Below are positions 60,526 through 64,000 of a DNA stretch of 64,000 nt, piece by piece. Numbering within the stretch: position 1 is the first letter of the stretch; each line of letters starts with the position of its first letter. This stretch comes from Sphingobacteriaceae bacterium. Lineage in GTDB: Bacteria > Bacteroidota > Bacteroidia > Sphingobacteriales > Sphingobacteriaceae. Made by a program: the position numbers and the translations under genes. Location: positions 968 through 64,967 of the forward strand of contig DASWTL010000221.1 in assembly GCA_036402155.1 (NCBI GenBank), in the 5' to 3' direction. The notes beneath the pieces were generated by a model. The model was not told the DNA's origin and did not search any database. It saw only the letters and a list, made by a program, of their open reading frames with translations.

Positions 60526-61092
60526 ATGAAGAATTTGAAGGCACTCGTTAGAAATGATGTTAGAACGCAAAAGTACTTTTATTACTTAATTATAGTATCA
60601 TTAGTATATATGGTAATTTATTTGTCATATACTATGAAACAAAATTATGCTGTCAACCAAACCACTACACAAACTAATGTAGTAATGAACAGTGAAACTA
60701 TCGAGAGTGACTTTTCAGAGGAAGCTTTAATATCATTCATGAAGAAATTAAAGATCAAATATCCGGAAACTGTTTTGGCTCAGGCAAAACTCGAAACAGG
60801 TAATTTTACATCGGCAATCTTCAAAGAAAATCATAACCTTTTTGGAATGAAAGTAGCTGAAAAAAGGCCAACCTCAGCTATAGGGATTAATCGTGGACAT
60901 GCGCAATATAGAAATTGGAAAGATTCTGTAATTGATTATGCATTATTGCAGAGTTATATTATTGCTAAACTTCCTAAGTTAAGCAGCAAAGAATATCGTA
61001 CTTATATTCAAAAATTTTATTCTGAAACTGCTGACTATTTGGTACGTATGGACAGAACTATGGATAAAGGGTATGTTCCATATAAATTATGA
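60526..61092 (+). CDS. Glucosaminidase (mannosyl-glycoprotein endo-beta-N-acetylglucosaminidase, GH73-like) domain protein with N-terminal TM
   Basis: AQAKLETGNFTSAIFKENHNLFGMK contains the catalytic-Glu context typical of FlgJ/GH73 domains. The gene is conspicuously AT-rich. Confidence 0.75.
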   Translation: MKNLKALVRNDVRTQKYFYYLIIVSLVYMVIYLSYTMKQNYAVNQTTTQTNVVMNSETIESDFSEEALISFMKKLKIKYPETVLAQAKLETGNFTSAIFKENHNLFGMKVAEKRPTSAIGINRGHAQYRNWKDSVIDYALLQSYIIAKLPKLSSKEYRTYIQKFYSETADYLVRMDRTMDKGYVPYKL

Positions 61093-61120
61093 ATTTAAAT
61101 CTATAAAAAGATAAATATTG

Positions 61121-61153
61121 AAAGTGCCGGTTATTTCAGCCGGCACTTTTTTT
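61121..61153 (+). terminator. Rho-independent terminator after the glucosaminidase gene
   Basis: AAAGTGCCGG / 9-nt loop / CCGGCACTTT (10 bp), followed by a T-run extending to 61153. Confidence 0.85.
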
Positions 61154-61230
61154 ATGCATATAGATTCCTGAACTAAAACAAACTTACCCGATGTTGTATT
61201 CCTAGTGTTATACGTGTGGTCGTTTAATCT

Positions 61231-61632
61231 ATGAAAAAATATATAATTGCAGCTTTGTTACTGCATATGGCAATATATTCAGCATCTGCTCAGGATGCTG
61301 ATGCAATTCTGGGAATATGGCACAGCCCCCATGGGCATACAGATATTCAAATAATAAAGAAAGATAACTTATATTCAGGAGTAACTACCTCATTAAAAGA
61401 GAACCATCCTGGTCATCTTTCATCCGGGCCCGATACAGGCGTAGTAATTCTAAAAGATTTTAAGCATAGACGGAGAGGAATATATAATGGAGGCAAGGTG
61501 CTTGATTCAAAATCCGGGAGGAGTTACAATGGTCAGATGAAACTGATTAATAATGACAGATTAGATATTCGGATTTTTTTTGGTATTATTCAATTTGGCA
61601 GAACTGAAACATGGACCCGTGTGAAAGAATGA
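61231..61632 (+). CDS. DUF2147 domain protein, secreted
   Basis: Signal peptide, GIWHSP start, and GGKVLDSKSGRSYNGQMKL, characteristic of DUF2147. Confidence 0.75.
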   Translation: MKKYIIAALLLHMAIYSASAQDADAILGIWHSPHGHTDIQIIKKDNLYSGVTTSLKENHPGHLSSGPDTGVVILKDFKHRRRGIYNGGKVLDSKSGRSYNGQMKLINNDRLDIRIFFGIIQFGRTETWTRVKE

Positions 61633-61674
61633 GGAACGTACTTATTAAGTGATACATTCCTGTTACTTTTAACA

Positions 61675-62400
61675 ATGACTTATGCTGAAATGCAACATGT
61701 TCCTGCCATCTTTTTAATTGTAACCGGTGCAGGTGTAAGTGTTGTTACCCATAAACTAACTTTTTTTGGTGCACTGGCCGGAGTAGTAATCGCTTTCAGC
61801 ATATATTTTTTTGCTGGTTATACGGGGTTGATCATGTTGGCATCTTTTTTTATAACAGGAACATTTGCAACATCCTGGCGAAAAAAGGATAAGCAAAACC
61901 GCTTAAATAAATCAGGATATCAGAGTAAGCGGAGTATGAATCAGGTATTAGCCAATGCGGCAGTACCGTCACTAATTGCTTGTTTTATTTACATCGATCC
62001 CGCAAATGCCAATCTCTATCAGCTGGTAATAGCCGGAAGTCTGGCGTCAGCTACCGCCGACACATTGTCTTCAGAATTAGGGATGATTTACGGTCGTCGG
62101 TTTTACAACGTTCTTTCCTTGAAAACAGAAGCGAAAGGTCTTGATGGGGTAATCAGCCTGGAAGGCACATTAATTGGTTGCGCAGGTGCCACACTTATAG
62201 CATTCATTTATTCATTGGGATATGGATTCAATCACGGTTTTTGGATGGTTATTTTTGCCGGAACTGCTGGAAACTTAACCGATTCTATCCTGGGAGCGGC
62301 TTTGGAAAGGAAAAACTTAATGACGAATGACATGGTTAATTTCCTAAGTACTGTTTCAGCAGCTGTAACTACCTGGTTTCTGTCCTACTTAACTATCTGA
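61675..62400 (+). CDS. DUF92/TMEM19-like integral membrane protein
   Basis: 241 aa, polytopic, with SATADTLSSELG and GNLTDSILGA motifs. Confidence 0.65.
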   Translation: MTYAEMQHVPAIFLIVTGAGVSVVTHKLTFFGALAGVVIAFSIYFFAGYTGLIMLASFFITGTFATSWRKKDKQNRLNKSGYQSKRSMNQVLANAAVPSLIACFIYIDPANANLYQLVIAGSLASATADTLSSELGMIYGRRFYNVLSLKTEAKGLDGVISLEGTLIGCAGATLIAFIYSLGYGFNHGFWMVIFAGTAGNLTDSILGAALERKNLMTNDMVNFLSTVSAAVTTWFLSYLTI

Positions 62401-62556
62401 TTATTAGGTCGTAATTATTGACATATTTTAAGTTTGTGTAAAAACGCTAACACAATACCCTAAAATTTGTTATAAACTATAATGATAAAGCGATGCGGTT
62501 TTATTATATTCATAATGGTTTTAGCAGGGTGAATAAGCCGCCGTTATTAAAGATCT

Positions 62557-64000
62557 ATGGGCAGGTGGAAATATGTTATATTGTTCTTATTAATTTGTGT
62601 TGGGTCAATGGTATTTGCCCAGCCAAATACAGAAAATAAAACCACTGTAAGCAGTTTCCTTTTACGTCAAAAAGGAATATTTAACAAAGTAGCAAAGCAG
62701 TTATTGTCTGATACATCTGAAAATAATGTACTGCTTCGTAATGATGAACTTTTCCAGAAGTACAGTGGCAAAATTATACGCGACATAACTATTCAAACCA
62801 TTGATTTTGGTGTTTCTATCACAGATACCTCCAAATATCTGAAAAGCAAGTTAATTACCATCTCTAATAAAATTCATCAGCAAACCCGGGATAAGGTTAT
62901 CAGAAACAACTTATTCTTTTCAGAGAACCAAAAACTATCGCCATATCGCATGGCCGATAATGAAAAACACTTGCGTGACCTGTCTTTTCTTCAGGATGCG
63001 AAGATTATTATTGAGCCGATTACAGGGTCGGTTGATTCGGTAGATGTTATTATCCTCACAAAAGATATACTATCACTGGGTGGAAGCCTTAATATACACA
63101 GTAACGAAAGTTTGGGTATAACGTTAAAAGAGGATAATTTTTTTGGATCCGGAGATCATTTGCAGGTACAAACATTTTACGATTTGAACCGCGATCAAAA
63201 AATGGGTTATGGATTCGCATATATAAAAAGAAATATCAGAGGAAGCTTTATTGATTTATCTGTGGGGCATATCAATTTTGATAAAACATTCAGCAGTGAA
63301 GAGAAGGAGGAGCGGGTAACTTATTTAAAATTTGAAAAGCCACTTGTTAACAGGTATATGCAATGGAATTATGGGTTGGAAGCATCAATCCATAGAACAC
63401 AGAACTTGTATAACATTGATTCTGTGTACCGTAATAATTTCATGTATAAATATCATGTTTTTGATGCGTATGCTGCATGGAACATGGATGCCGATAAAAA
63501 GGACAGATATAACGCTTCGGACCGTTTGCGCCGGCTGATAGGGTTTCGTTTTTTAGAACAGAATTTCTATGAGCGGCCAACATATTACACCTCGAAATTT
63601 TTTAACCGGTATGCTGATATTACAGCAGTGCTTGGAGATGTTTCTTTATTTAAGCAAAATTTTTATAAAACACATTTCGTATATGGTTTTGGCAGGAATG
63701 AGGACGTTCCTGAAGGAGGCGGGGCTTCATTAACCACGGGATATACCAAGATCAATAATCGCGAACGTTTATATGCAGGTATTAATTTTCAACGCTATTA
63801 TTTTACAACGCACGACAATTATTTCAACTATACGCTGAGATCTGGCGCATACCTGTATAAAAACAAGTTGGAAGACATTAACATGCTGGCAAGCCTTGAT
63901 TATTTTAGCCGTTTAAGACTACTTAATAACGGGTGGAAGCATCGTATATTTCTGGGAATAAGTGCTTCAAGGCAGATAAAAAGTGTGTTCAATGATCCGC
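62557..64000 (+). CDS. Outer-membrane protein (Omp85/BamA-like with POTRA-like N-terminus?), 3' end outside the window
   Basis: Not in the ORF track because no stop is reached. The frame is open from ATG 62557 to the window end (481 codons). Signal peptide MGRWKYVILFLLICVGSMVFAQ, and the rest is Y/F/G/N-rich and beta-strand-like. Confidence 0.6.
   Translation, partial: MGRWKYVILFLLICVGSMVFAQPNTENKTTVSSFLLRQKGIFNKVAKQLLSDTSENNVLLRNDELFQKYSGKIIRDITIQTIDFGVSITDTSKYLKSKLITISNKIHQQTRDKVIRNNLFFSENQKLSPYRMADNEKHLRDLSFLQDAKIIIEPITGSVDSVDVIILTKDILSLGGSLNIHSNESLGITLKEDNFFGSGDHLQVQTFYDLNRDQKMGYGFAYIKRNIRGSFIDLSVGHINFDKTFSSEEKEERVTYLKFEKPLVNRYMQWNYGLEASIHRTQNLYNIDSVYRNNFMYKYHVFDAYAAWNMDADKKDRYNASDRLRRLIGFRFLEQNFYERPTYYTSKFFNRYADITAVLGDVSLFKQNFYKTHFVYGFGRNEDVPEGGGASLTTGYTKINNRERLYAGINFQRYYFTTHDNYFNYTLRSGAYLYKNKLEDINMLASLDYFSRLRLLNNGWKHRIFLGISASRQIKSVFNDP

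Overview
This is a chromosomal segment that looks Bacteroidota-like. The signs are an alternative complex III plus aa3 oxidase supercluster, BlaR1-TonB fusions, TAnnTTTG -7 boxes, and GC of roughly 40% judged by eye (not computed). It is densely coding, with about 60 genes. I saw no rRNA, tRNA, CRISPR array, transposase or integrase. Core metabolism and housekeeping genes: sdhCAB (sdhC cut by the window edge), pgi, an M16 peptidase pair, prfB with its programmed +1 frameshift (the ORF track misses the first exon), a deoxyhypusine-synthase homologue, a 16-kb respiratory block (actABCDEF, coxB, ctaD, ctaB, two subunit III genes, subunit IV, SCO, DUF420/CtaM-like, DUF983), recO, dgkA, an RND/MMPL transporter and ileS-dksA-like-lspA. 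The most unusual region is 39420-49583, a tightly coupled same-strand operon. It encodes an FHA protein, an unannotated 32-aa transmembrane micro-ORF, a membrane PP2C phosphatase, a single 1393-aa polypeptide fusing an N-terminal extension to a SEDS (RodA/FtsW) polymerase and a class-B PBP transpeptidase, a second FHA protein, a membrane Hanks-type Ser/Thr kinase without PASTA domains, and a CvpA-CAP fusion protein. The parts list matches the actinobacterial fhaA-fhaB-pstP-rodA-pbpA-pknA-pknB operon, but the lineage and architecture differ. Other points of interest are a pair of ~130-140 bp intergenic repeats with terminal inverted repeats (8205-8520), a BlaI/BlaR1 operon whose sensor carries two tandem TonB-C domains, a hexahaem ActA, and a small CxxC membrane protein in the oxidase-assembly tail. 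All domain calls rest on motifs read by eye from the translations. No database search was run.
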